Shown: positions 25,633 through 38,551 of the stretch, piece by piece
How positions within the stretch are numbered: the first letter of the stretch is position 1
How the letters are laid out: each line of letters starts with the position of its first letter
DNA from: Octopus sinensis
Lineage: Eukaryota
Length of the DNA stretch: 64,000 nt
Direction of reading: 5' to 3'
NCBI RefSeq assembly: GCF_006345805.1
Contig: NC_042997.1
Location: 99,820,001 to 99,884,000, forward strand
Translations under genes and position numbers: made by a program
Notes under the pieces: generated by a model
What the model saw: the letters and a program-made list of their open reading frames with translations, nothing else
Database searches by the model: none
What the model was told of the DNA's origin: nothing

Positions 25633-28298
25633 CAATGCTCTTGGTGTTGGGGGTTGACCTGCTTTCTCTTCTGCGGGTCTTACGAATAGCAAAGGACCAT
25701 GGTTCAGACCGCTCAGACTGGACCACTCAACAGCAACGGCAATGGCAACGGCAGCAGCAGTGGCGGCGGTGGTGGTGGTGGTAGAGGCAAAAGCAGCAGC
25801 AGCAACTAGAACTTTTATGTAGTTAAAAGAACTTATAAATTGAAGAGTAGTGGTGCACCTGAGCATTGTATACAATAATTTCATCATTGTTGGTGTCAGT
25901 GTTGTTGTTATTACTACTGTTATTCTATTGTAAGTTACCATTACTCATAATTCATATTATTGTTGTTCCAAGGTATACACCTTGTCCTTTTCTCCCAGTA
26001 ACAATAGATGGGCCAGTTGTTCACATATTACCTTAATATTTCCATTCCATTGTGCTTCAAATTGATTTGAAGTTTTGATGGTTGGCAAAATGGAAATATT
26101 TTAATGCACTTTACATGTTTGGCATTTGTTTATTTAAGATCCAGAGAAAGATGCTGTATTTCTATACAAAGAGATCAGTTCAATTTCTAGGAACATATTT
26201 TATTTATTTGATGGGGGTATTCTTTTAGAGGCCTTTGTAAAAGGTTTCTATATGAATTGGAAGTATGTTGAATTAATGCCTGTTGATGGTTACATTACAG
26301 TTTCCTAAGCATTTGTCATCATTATCATCATCAGCATTATTATTATTATTATTATTATTATTTAAAACATCGCACAGTATCCAATATTGTGACGTTGTTG
26401 ATTGAAGATAATTATCATTATTGTTATTATTATTAAGGCAGGGATCTGGCAGAATCATTACCATGCCAGGCAAAATGCTTTGCGGAATTTTGTCCGTCTT
26501 TATGTTCTGAGTTCAAATTCTGCTGAGGTTGATTTTGCCTTTCATTCTTTTGGGGGTCAATGAATTAAGTACCAGTGAAACACTGGGGTTGATGTAATCG
26601 ACCAGCACCCTTCCCCAAAAATTTCAGGCCTTGTGCCTATAAGAGAAAGGATTATTATTATCATCATCATTATTAAAGGTGGCAAGCTAGTAGAGCTATT
26701 AGCACACTGGAGAAAATACTAAACAGTATTTCTTCTAGTTCTTTAAATTCTGTGTTCAAATTCCACCAAGACTGACTCTGTCATTTTTTCAGGGTTGATA
26801 AAATAAAGTACCAGGTAAGTACTGAAGTTCATACAATCAACTAACCCACTTCTTCTAAAATTAATGACCTTGTGCCAAAATTTGAAACCATCATCATCAT
26901 CATCATCTTTTAACATCCATTGTCCATGCTGGCATGTGTTGGATGGTTTGACCAGAGCTGGTAAGCTGGAGAGCTGTACCAGACTTCAATCTGATTTGGC
27001 ATGGTTTCTGCGGTTAGATGTCCTTCCTAACACCAACCACTTTACAGAGTGTGCAAGGTGCTTTTACTTGATATATAAATAGACATACATGATTAGCTTC
27101 TGCACAGTTTCCACTGATGAAATTCACTCACATGGCATTAATCAGCCTGGTCCTGGTCCTATAGTAGAAGATTCTTGCTCAAGGTGCTGTGTAATAGGAC
27201 TGAACTCTAAACCACATAACTGCAAAGCAAACCTCTTAACCACACAACCATACCTTCACACAATATAAACAATTACTTCATTAAGGCAGTGCTCCAGCAT
27301 GGCTGCACTCAAAATAACTGAAACAAGTAAAAGAATATATATATAAATTACCATTACTACCATTACTCCTTTAGTCCCAATACATCCACCCAGGGGTTTG
27401 TGAATGAGGTGTAGAGGAAAAGGACCAAATGTCCATTACAATGAAGTATATAGCAGAGGTGGGTAATTTGTAAATGGAAAATAGAACAGAGGGGTTGGCT
27501 GGTTAGCTACAAGTTACAATGTTGATATTACTAAGTGAGCTTATTTTGTATTCAGTTTGCCAGAGATTTTGCTCTACATACAGACATTAGCACACCACAT
27601 TCACATACGTAAATACACAAGCATAGATAAATACGTATATAAACATACAGGTATGAATGTTGCTGTGTACACGTACACACACATATATGACAATATGATT
27701 TTCTAACTCCTTAGTACCATGAGTGGCTTTTTGTAATTCTGACAATGTTTATTTTACCCTATATTGACAAGTTGAACAAATAATGATCTATAAGGGGTTT
27801 TTTTCAAATACACACGGATTTGTATATACACATACACACATATATAAATACTATTTTATTATAGCCAAAAAAAGTTTTTACAAACATAGGCAGAGGTGTG
27901 TGCCTGTGAATATATGTAAGTGTATGTCATTTTCAACCGGCCGTACAGGCAGACACAGGGAAGGCAAGATTAAAAAGATTACTCTCCAGCCTTATGGTCC
28001 CAGGTTTGATCCTGCAGTATGAAACCCTTGACAAGTGCCTAATATTGAAGTCCCTAATTGACCCTCTGAGTAGAACTTAATGAACGTTAACCATGTTAAA
28101 GCCCATCACATGTATGCATGTATGTACTTATGTATCAATGCTCATATGTAGATACACGCATATGCATGTTTGGCTGCAGGCTTGCATATATATTTCTGGA
28201 CATTCTTTTATTCTTTTATATGTTTCAGCCCAAAGTCTGTGGCCATGGTGGAGCACTTGTGTGTATGTACGTAGGTGTGCATATATATGTATATATGC

Positions 28299-28324
<26 letters not shown>

Positions 28325-28329
<5 letters not shown>

Positions 28330-28532
28330 ATCCAAACAAGAAAGCACAAAAAAACACAACAACGCGAGGACATGGAACAAATATAGTATTATTGGACGCT
28401 CAGGAAAGAAACAAAGAAGGAGAGTTTAACGTTTCGAGCGGAGCTCTTCATCGGAAACATAGAAGGAAAGATCCAGAGAAGGAAAGACAGAGGAAAAAAA
28501 TCGCCAACGGTACACACGCAGTCACATTTTGA
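28325..28532 (-). mobile_element. PLE-like fragment with a minimal hammerhead variant (28424-28458)
   Basis: GUUU-CCGAUGA-A-GAGC-UCC-GCUC-GAAACGUU-AAAC. Confidence 0.7.
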
Positions 28533-28587
<55 letters not shown>

Positions 28588-28849
28588 TACAGCTTGTGTG
28601 TGTGTGCGTGCATGCATGTATGTGTGTGAGCATACATGATGTGTGTGTATGTGTGCATGCATGCATGTGTGTGTGTACCAATCCCAAATTGTTGTGATTA
28701 GTGTTTTGAAATGGTTTCTGACAGCTGAGCTGCTCCTGGACCTTAGGCATTGTTAATGAGATTGATGTGCAGGGGAATGGTGCACACACACACACACAGC
28801 ATTCAGTCTATGGGTGCATAGGAGGTGCAGTGGGTTCACAGGAAGGTTA

Positions 28850-29220
28850 ACAGAGAAAGTTGACTTTATAGCAGATGCATAATACCAATAAACACTAAGA
28901 ACACATAGGAAAGAGATTTTCTCAAATGCCAAAGAGGGTCCTTAGAGATAGTGGATAGTTTCTGTTACCTAGGTGACCTAATTAACAGTGGAGGAGGATG
29001 TTCTGAAAGTATAGTTGCTGGATATGAACAAGCTAGATAAAGTTCAGAGAGCTATTGCCTCTGCTAGTAACCAAAGCTTCTCTCTCAGGGTGAAAGGCAA
29101 GTTGTATAACGCTTGGCTATGAACTGCAATGCTATTTAGTTGTGAGACATGGGCTGTGAATGCAGAGTATATGCAATGACTAGAAAGAAATGATCTGCAA
29201 TGTTAGTGTGTACAACAAAT
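28850..29220 (+). mobile_element. RTE LINE reverse-transcriptase remnant
   Basis: VDSFCYLGDLINSGGGCSESIVA..KFRELLPLLV, with stops and frameshifts. Confidence 0.75.
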
Positions 29221-30879
29221 TGTGTGTATGTGTGGGTGTGTTTTGTGTGTATGTGATGGGCTTCAGCATAGTTTCTGTTTAAAAAATTCCACTCACAAGG
29301 AATTGGCCAACTAGAGGCCACAGCAGGAGATACATGCCCTAGGTGCCACACATGATGAGATTGAACCCAAAACTTCTTAACAACACATCACTGCATACAC
29401 CATCATTTAGACCAAGAAACAAATCAGATTTTCATGAAAGACACACACACACACACATTGACAGATACATACATACATACATACATATATATATATATAT
29501 AAATAATAAAATATAATAAAATATATAAATATATAAATAATAAATCATCATCATCATCATCATCATTTAACGTCCGCTTTCCATGCTAGCATGGGTTGGA
29601 CATAACTACTTATATATATATATATATATATATATATGCATATATACAATAGGCTTCTTTCAGTTTCCATCTACCAAATCCATTCATAAGGCTTGTGTTG
29701 GCCCGAAGCCATAAAAGATACTTGCCCAAGGTGCCACTCAATGGGACTGAACCCAAGGACATATGTTAGGAAGCAAGCTTCTTACCACACAGCCAAACCT
29801 GCATGTACATATGACCATTTCTATAAAACGAAATATGCTATTCAGTGGAAGGTCCATCTTGCAGAAGCTTAGCTTAAATTCTTCTCTTATTATCCCAAGT
29901 ATATTCCATAAAGTTGACATGCCAAAAACAATTATAATTCCAACCAATATTCTTTGCTGTATTATTAAGGTCAATTAATTTAATGACATACCTTCACAAC
30001 AATATGCTCAGCATGATTTTGAACTCAGAAAGTTGAGGGTCGAAAATTAAATACCATAATACAATTAGGCCAAAATTTAGTCTTCTGCCTGTACTCCCAC
30101 TTCTTTTTACACCACCACCCACCTCTTTCTACCACACACCACTCTCATTAATAATGATAATCTAATCTCTTAAGGTCCAAGAGCAGTTCAGAAGTCAGAA
30201 ACCATTTCAAAACACTAATCACAACAATTTGGGATCAGTGGAGGGGACACACAAAAAAAAAAATGAAGTTTGGCATTTCAAGTTGTAAGTCAGCCAGAAT
30301 TTTCTACCCTGTACCCGCCACACCCGTAGCATTCATTACTTGACAGAAAAATGTTTTCATGCTAGAATTTCTTTGCATTAATGTCATTTTCCTCTAGAAA
30401 GATTTCTCTTGGTTGGGCACTGTAGCTTCAGGCCTATACGAGTTGCCTTTGATAAGCTTCAACAAGCATATCAAAATATGTACATATGCATATGTTACAC
30501 ACACACACACATATATATATATGCCTCTGTGTCTGTGTGTATAAACATGCACACACACTATATATACACATATACACACATGAATAGACATATATACACA
30601 TACATATACATATATACACACACACACATATGTATACATCTACATATATATAACATTTATACACACGCACATATTTAGTGCATAATCTGATATTGTTGCT
30701 TGCTTTGTTTGCCCTCCTTTTCATCATGTACTTCAGTTTTCTCTTTTATATATATGTATACGTATATATCTATATATATATATATATATGTATATATCTT
30801 ACAAATAAATTCTCTTAACAAGTTTCATTAAAAATTAACTCAAGATCTTCACTCATCCAAACTAATGATATAAACTGGA

Positions 30880-30928
<49 letters not shown>

Positions 30929-31130
30929 GTTACAGTTCAACTATTGAAAAATAAAGGAAAAGGAAACCATTTTACCAAAAAATACACTGAATGAAATAAT
31001 TTCATAATATGAAGAAAAAGTTAAAATCTGAAAAATTTAATAAAATTATGAAGTCATATTTGATGACTTAATGATTTAATTAATGACTTAATGATAAAGT
31101 CAGTTCTACCAGTTATCAATGATCACATAC

Positions 31131-31179
31131 ATAAGTTGCAGGTGAAGGGGGGAAGTTGTAATAAATGGTTCATCTCCGA
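31131..31179 (-). CDS. Putative internal exon, 49 nt (GDEPFITTSPLHLQL in phase 1->2)
   Basis: Strong acceptor tcttattcataattttggttccag, donor TAT|gtatgt; compatible with 15383-15472. A phase 0->1 frame is also open. Confidence 0.5.
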
Positions 31180-31411
31180 CTGGAACCAAAATTATGAATA
31201 AGATTTAGTAGAACTACATCTCAACATATTTTCATAAATTTTAAGTCTATATTTAACAATTCATGCAAACATCCATACCTCATACTGCATGTGAGAAAGG
31301 TAGGAACAGAGATAATGCTTCAAATAGTATATATGTACATATTTTGATATATTCTATTATTTTCCATGTGTATATAATATATACACACATTTACATACAC
31401 ACATGTGTGCA

Positions 31412-31445
<34 letters not shown>

Positions 31446-31504
31446 TACAGATGCACATATGTCTAAGTATCATTTTATTGACCAGTATAGCCATGTACAT
31501 ATAT

Positions 31505-32158
<654 letters not shown>

Positions 32159-33832
32159 AATCTTTATAAGCAAAAGAGATTCATAACCATGTCTGGGTTG
32201 TTTCACTGTTTGATAAATCGGTGAATTACTTGACAAAAAGACGGGGGTTAGTCACAGGAAGGGCATCTGACTGCAGAAAATTTGCCTCAATGAATTTTGT
32301 CTAACCCATGCAAGCATGGAAAAGTGGACATCATCATGATGATGATGATGATGATAACAATACAAGGCAGTGCTCCAGTATGGCCACAGTCAAATGAATG
32401 AAACAAATAAAAGAATGAATGTGTGTGAAAGAGAGAGAGAGAAAGAGTGCACATGCATGTGTGCTTGAATGCACATGCATGTGTAAATGCACATGTGTGT
32501 TTCTTCTTGTCTTGACATTGCACACTAACTGTAAACAAACATCACTGTCATACAAGCGGTGTCACTTATTTTCAATCTTCCATGAAAACATGTCTGGTTG
32601 TTGTGTTGTTTGTGTTTGGAAGGGGCAAGGTAGGTATTGCCCTGCTTAGAAACAGATGAGGATTCATGACAGGAAGAGCATCAGGCTGTAGAAAAATCTG
32701 TCTCATCCAACCCATACAAGCATGGGAAAAAGTAGACATTGTGGTGGTGGTGGTGGTGGTGGTGGTGGTGGTATTGCTAGTGGTGCTGGTGGTGATGGCA
32801 ATGGTAGTGCTGGTTGTGGTGGTATTGGTAGCGGTGGAGGCAGAGGGTGCCATAGAAACAACAGTATTAGTGATGATGCTGATGATGCTGATGATGATGA
32901 TGGTGGTGGTGGTGGCGGCAGAAGCGGCGGCGAGAGGAGGGCATGGAAGGGGGGAGGGGGAAGGTATGAAGGAATGGGGAGAGGGAAGAGAAAGAATTGG
33001 GGTGAGAGGGGGAAGAAGGGAGGAAAAGAGAGAAGAAGGAGGAAGGGGAGAGAGAGTAGGAAAGGGAGAAAGATGAGGGCAAGGGGGAGGAGGAAGAGCT
33101 CAGCAAACTGTTTTAACTTTATTGTCGATGCAGTTAAATCAGTAGTTTTTCTCTGATTCAGTTGTTACACAATAGCAGTAAACACAACAATTGTCACAAT
33201 AACGTTTGAACCGACAACCATTTGGTCAAGTGGCAAAGCAACTTCACTTTACAGCCAATGCGATGCACACAACATAGTGACATTGAACCTATGAAAGTGC
33301 ATTAGAGACAGACATATAATATATGAGGTGAACACTCTGTCTGGTAAACCTGCCTAGATGTTGTATGTTATCAATTTTCACAATCCAATGAAAGCAAAAT
33401 ATATTTTTAAAAAAGCCAAAGGAACGAGATGTCAACCCTTGAGAAAACAAACTATGAAAAAACAATTGGCCCATATGGAGCAATGGGACTTCAATTTCAC
33501 ACTTGAGTAATCACAACAGCATAAAACAGAAACCAACAGTAATTCATTATGTTTTAACTTGCCAACCTGCAAGTCTTTAAATATATTTCTTACCTTACGA
33601 AAAAAAATACATATATATATATATATATAACTTGAAGGTTTACTCATTGCATTAGGGAATTATAATAAGCAGCTTTAATATGGCTTTTTTCCGTCAACAA
33701 TATAGCACTTAGGAAAACAAGAATGTTGGTAGACTTAATGCGTAGGGGAGAGCTTAGTATTTACTCGGATCATTTATCTCACTATATGTATGCATATGGT
33801 AAACTTCTATCTCTTTCTCTCTCTCCCTCATA

Positions 33833-33866
<34 letters not shown>

Positions 33867-34035
33867 AGTTCAGTAAAATTTAGATTCAGTTGAATATGGT
33901 ACTTAAGTTAAAGGCACCTGAATTTGGTATGGTATTATCCATATAATTCAAAATGGGGTGATTACAATCAAAATAAGCAACAAGGATATCCAGAGGTAAT
34001 GCATATCTGGATATCCTTGTTGCTTATTTTGATTG

Positions 34036-34072
<37 letters not shown>

Positions 34073-34149
34073 TTCCACAAATGCAGGTTTGAGTACTCAT
34101 TCTCACTGTTCACCACTAACATGTATGTATATGTATATATATATATATA

Positions 34150-34325
34150 AAAAGCACCCACTACACTCTCGGAGTGGTTGGCGTTAGGAAGGGCATCCAG
34201 CTGTAGAAACTCTGCCAGATCAAGATTGGAGCCTGGTGCAGCCATCAGGTTCGCCAGTCCTCATTCAAATTGTCAAACCCATGCTAGCATGGCAAGCGGA
34301 CATTAAACGATGATAATGATGATGA
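34150..34325 (+). mobile_element. RTE-tail SINE-like element, 5' truncated
   Basis: Same tail as 6433; inverted relative at 36620-36920. Confidence 0.75.
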
Positions 34326-34361
34326 TGATGTGTGTGTGTATGTATATACACACACACACAT

Positions 34362-34438
<77 letters not shown>

Positions 34439-34521
34439 GGTCCCGGGTTGATTCGGGGTTAACCACAGTAAATAAGGTACTCAATACATAGCAGAGTAAA
34501 ATTAATTTATTATATAGAAGG

Positions 34522-34572
34522 AGCTTCTACAGGACTAGAACTGTTTCATTCAAGAGAAATCATCAGGAAGCT
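34522..34572 (-). ncRNA. Type I hammerhead ribozyme motif
   Basis: Exact reverse complement of 35293-35343. Confidence 0.75.
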
Positions 34573-34798
34573 AGTTAACAAGAATTGTATTGGCATTTAT
34601 ACATTTAGGCGGGTTTAAAGGGGTGGTGGTGGGGGACTTTTTGGGGGTAGGCATAGCGCAAAAATATCATACTTGGGGGAGTGGTCAAGGAGTCAGTGGT
34701 AAATTAGATAAAAGAATAAATAAAAGAATAAAAAAATATATAGAAGAATAGAGTTTTAGGTAAATAAGGAGATTCTCACTTATACATATACACATATG

Positions 34799-34830
<32 letters not shown>

Positions 34831-35132
34831 TACACACACACACATACACACACATACACACATACACACACACACACATACACATACACACATACACACA
34901 CATATCTACATACACACATGCACACACAAGTCCATATATACACATATATATATATATATATTAAGGTATGTAGAAAAATACAACATGGACAAGAACGTAT
35001 AATCAGCCGAAATTACTACGATGATCCCGGTTCTTGACTGAAGACTGAGGGTTTCGAATGTCCTGTCCGTGTTTATTGTATCGTCTTCTAAGAGTTATAC
35101 GTTCTTGTCCATGTTGTATTTTTCTACATACC

Positions 35133-35222
<90 letters not shown>

Positions 35223-35292
35223 ATATATGGACTTGTGTGTGCATGTGTGTACCTGCCTAAATGTATAAATGCCAATACAATTCTTGTTAACT

Positions 35293-35343
35293 AGCTTCCT
35301 GATGATTTCTCTTGAATGAAACAGTTCTAGTCCTGTAGAAGCT
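35293..35343 (+). ncRNA. Type I hammerhead ribozyme motif
   Basis: AGCUUC-CUGAUGA-UUUC-UCUU-GAAU-GAAAC-AG-UUCUAGUC-CU-GUA-GAAGCU: 6-bp stem I, 4-bp stem III, short stem II with a U.U base, GUA site. Confidence 0.75.
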
Positions 35344-35360
35344 CCTTCTATATAATAAAT

Positions 35361-35395
<35 letters not shown>

Positions 35396-36619
35396 TATAT
35401 AAACATATATACACAGATACATGCATTATAATAGTTATTATTGAAATACATCAATACAATAAGCTCGACTGAATCTACTGAATATACAACTGTACATAAA
35501 TGTATGTATCTAAAGATATATATATATATTTGTCAATCTCGTGACAACCTTAGTAATTAGATCCAAATGCAATTAACTGAATTTACAAAGCAGGCAATAA
35601 ATTTTGATATTCTTGAAAATATTGACAGTAGTAAAGTATTATGGCTATGTTATTCATGCATTGATTATATAAAACAGGAATAAAATATATTTTTACTTAT
35701 GGTACATCTTGTATACACTTAATTTATGCATGTTCCACCCTGTCCATTTCTTTTTTTTTTTTTTTTTTTGGTATGTATCTGCAAAATAAGCGTTTCACTA
35801 TGATGCTTGCAAATTCCATTTGAAATATTTCGATTACACAATGAGGTTTTCCAATTCCCTTTGGTATTCTTCAATTACCCAGGCTTAGCCAGATTCATAC
35901 ATCTCTACAATGACTTTCACACACTTTGAATTACTCAATGAGAACAACAGGATCATGCAGATTAAATAAAAATAGTGAGGCAATCACAAGCTAATTCAGT
36001 TGATAAAGTAAACAACAATAAAGCATCCATTCACTTCTTGATTCTACTTTTTTCTACAAATTTTATTTCTACAAGGAGGATTTATTTATTGCAGAATGTT
36101 TATAAAGCAATTAAATACAAGATAAAAACACATTGAAATCAGAACTTAAACAGATTTTAATCCTTTGATATAGCAAGAGAAACATAAATGTTTTTGACTC
36201 ATTTGTTACTGATTTCTTTGTAAACATGAAGTTCTGACTACTTAAGCATGAAAAAGGAAGGATCAAAATCATTTTATTTACATGAAATCTTGTAAATGTT
36301 CTTTTACATGCTACATTTTGCCCAATTTATGCTCAAAATTAAAAATAAAAAAGATCTTATGCAATCACTCAAAATTGATATTGTTTGCATATGCATTTTA
36401 CCAAAACAATCTTACATAGATATAATGCTAAACTGCTCAGTATTTTCAAAATGTTTGCTTTTAACAAAATGATGTAATTAAGATTGACTGAAATAGCATA
36501 CATGTATTTGTATATGTATAAGTATGTGAGGGCACATGGCGTAGTGGTTATGCAGTTGCACTCACAATTGCAAGATCAAAGTTTCAATTCCTACACTGGG
36601 TGGTGCATCGTGTTCTTGA

Positions 36620-36920
36620 GCATCATCATCATCATCATCATTGTTTAGCATCCGCTTTCCATGCTAGCATGGGCTGGATTATTCGACTGAGGACTGGCGA
36701 ACCAGATGGCTGCACCAGGCTCCAATCTTGATCTGGCAGAGTTTCTACAGCTGGATACCCTTCCTAACGCCAACCACTCCGAGAGTGTAATGGGTGCTTT
36801 TACGTGCCACCGGCACGCGGGCCAGTCAGGCAGTACTGGCAACAGCCGCGCTCAAATGTTGTTTTTTATGTGCCACCTGCACAGGAGCCAGTACAGCGGC
36901 ACTGGCAATGACCTCGCTTG
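36620..36920 (-). mobile_element. RTE-tail SINE-like element
   Basis: Same family as 6433, 16355 and 34150. Confidence 0.8.
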
Positions 36921-38296
36921 ACTGCGATCACTTCGACACCTGATGCATGGTACACATGCACCTCTTCAGGCAACACTGATTTGATGGAAGGAGTGAGCAA
37001 ATGTACAGCACATACATTTGATCACGATAAGCAAATCATTTGTGCAGGTTGTTCAGCAAAAGTTAAAAGCTCATACATCATCCTCAATGGGAGAGTCCAT
37101 CATATGTATGTGTATTTGTGTGTGTGTGTATCTATCTACATGCTATCAGGCACCACTAGGAACAGATGGTTGACAAATAACTGAATTTTCTGGATTATCT
37201 GAACACAACATTTTAAATTACTATAGCACTTTACAAAACTCATTAACACTCTCTGAAGAGATGCTGTACAGCTAAATGCTTTATAGACATGAAACCCAGT
37301 GTAACCCCATAGACCAGCCATAACTATCTTTATCTAATTACTCTATAACTTAGAGTGTGCTTCCCTTTCAGATTTATGATTTACTGATGATATATATATA
37401 ATTATGACGTGCACTCTTAACTTGACCTTTCCTCCCTGTCTGTCTTCCTCTCTACCTGTCTCTCTCCCTCTCTTATTTTTCATCCTTTCTGGTTTCTTCT
37501 CCTCTCCCTTTCACCGTTCCCTCTCTCTCTCACTCCTCCTCCTCGCTCTTGTCGCTGACCAGAGGGCTACTGCTTTCAACAAGTCAACAACGGATTCTTC
37601 TGTCTTCATAAGCCATTTTCTCAATGCGTACAAATGAATTTTTCCACCATCTAGGCTTAAAAAGCCCTTATCATTTTACTGTCTTTTACTGTTTTGTTCT
37701 TTATTTGTACTGTTTTTATCTTTATCTGTACTGCTTTTACTGTCTTATTTTGTTTTTACTGTCCTGTTCTTGTCACCTGTTTTACCCCTCCACAAAAAAA
37801 TCCCAAATTTTATTTAATTTGCTTTGCAGGAAGGACTGTTTCAACGAAGTCATGTCCTGCTCTTACCTTCGAAACACGCAATAAGTCGAAACAGAGGCTG
37901 CTAAAGAAGGGGAATGTTCCTTGTATTGTATGTCTTGTACTCTGTATATTCATTGTTAAAAAAGTCCATTTCCATGTTTTGTTTTTATGTTTTCGTTTCT
38001 CGTTTTGTTCTACGTTTTTTTGTGGTGTCCTGTACCCATATATGCATGTATATATACATATAGATGTAGGTATGTACATATATGTATGTATGCATATGTT
38101 TTATTTATTAAATTGTTATATATATATATATATATATAATATATGTATATAAACTAGAGAAGAACCACCATGTAGCAATTCAATAATGATATAATTAAAA
38201 CATACCATATACAAAAAAATTAAATATACAATAAAACATTTACTTAGAACTAAATAAAGTACAAAATAATAAATAAATAGTATATAATTAGTAAAT

Positions 38297-38379
38297 AGAC
38301 TACACGTGTTTCGTGGCTATATTTTCAAACTGATAGCAGTAAAATCAATTCAATTTAAATATAGTCACTCATCAGGTCT
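38297..38379 (-). ncRNA. Canonical type I hammerhead ribozyme motif
   Basis: AGAC-CUGAUGA-GUGACUAUAUUU..AAAUAUAGCCAC-GAAAC-ACGU-GUA-GUCU: intact core, G-C closing pair, 11/12-bp stem II, palindromic stem III. Confidence 0.85.
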
Positions 38380-38519
38380 TTAATTGTTTTTATTTGTTTT
38401 TTCCTTGCCATAATTTATATTCAAATGCAGCTCGAAGATAATAATTACAGTAAAGAAAGAAATATATAAACAACAGCTCCACTGGTTTTTCTCAACAAAA
38501 TTATTATTATTATTATATT

Positions 38520-38551
<32 letters not shown>

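Larger units (their letters stand above)
34505..35360. mobile_element. PLE-like palindromic element
   Basis: Perfect 106-bp outer arms 34505-34610 and 35255-35360; inner arms ~34912-35002 and 35095-35250; 92-nt central spacer. Confidence 0.85.

Noticed and set aside
15383-31179. The joined peptide TSPLHLQLISCLIGILKNSL..LLNF aligns weakly and without gaps to recalled PGS1 TGPLEQELVDCLESTLEKSL..LLDF
   Set aside because: The invariant ASLYLG and DxxRGSR residues are absent and the intron phases differ from vertebrate PGS1; probably a Leu-pattern coincidence. An HMM comparison would settle it.
33240-33270. CCAAT box next to a GA-rich tract as a promoter
   Set aside because: A single short motif with no independent support.
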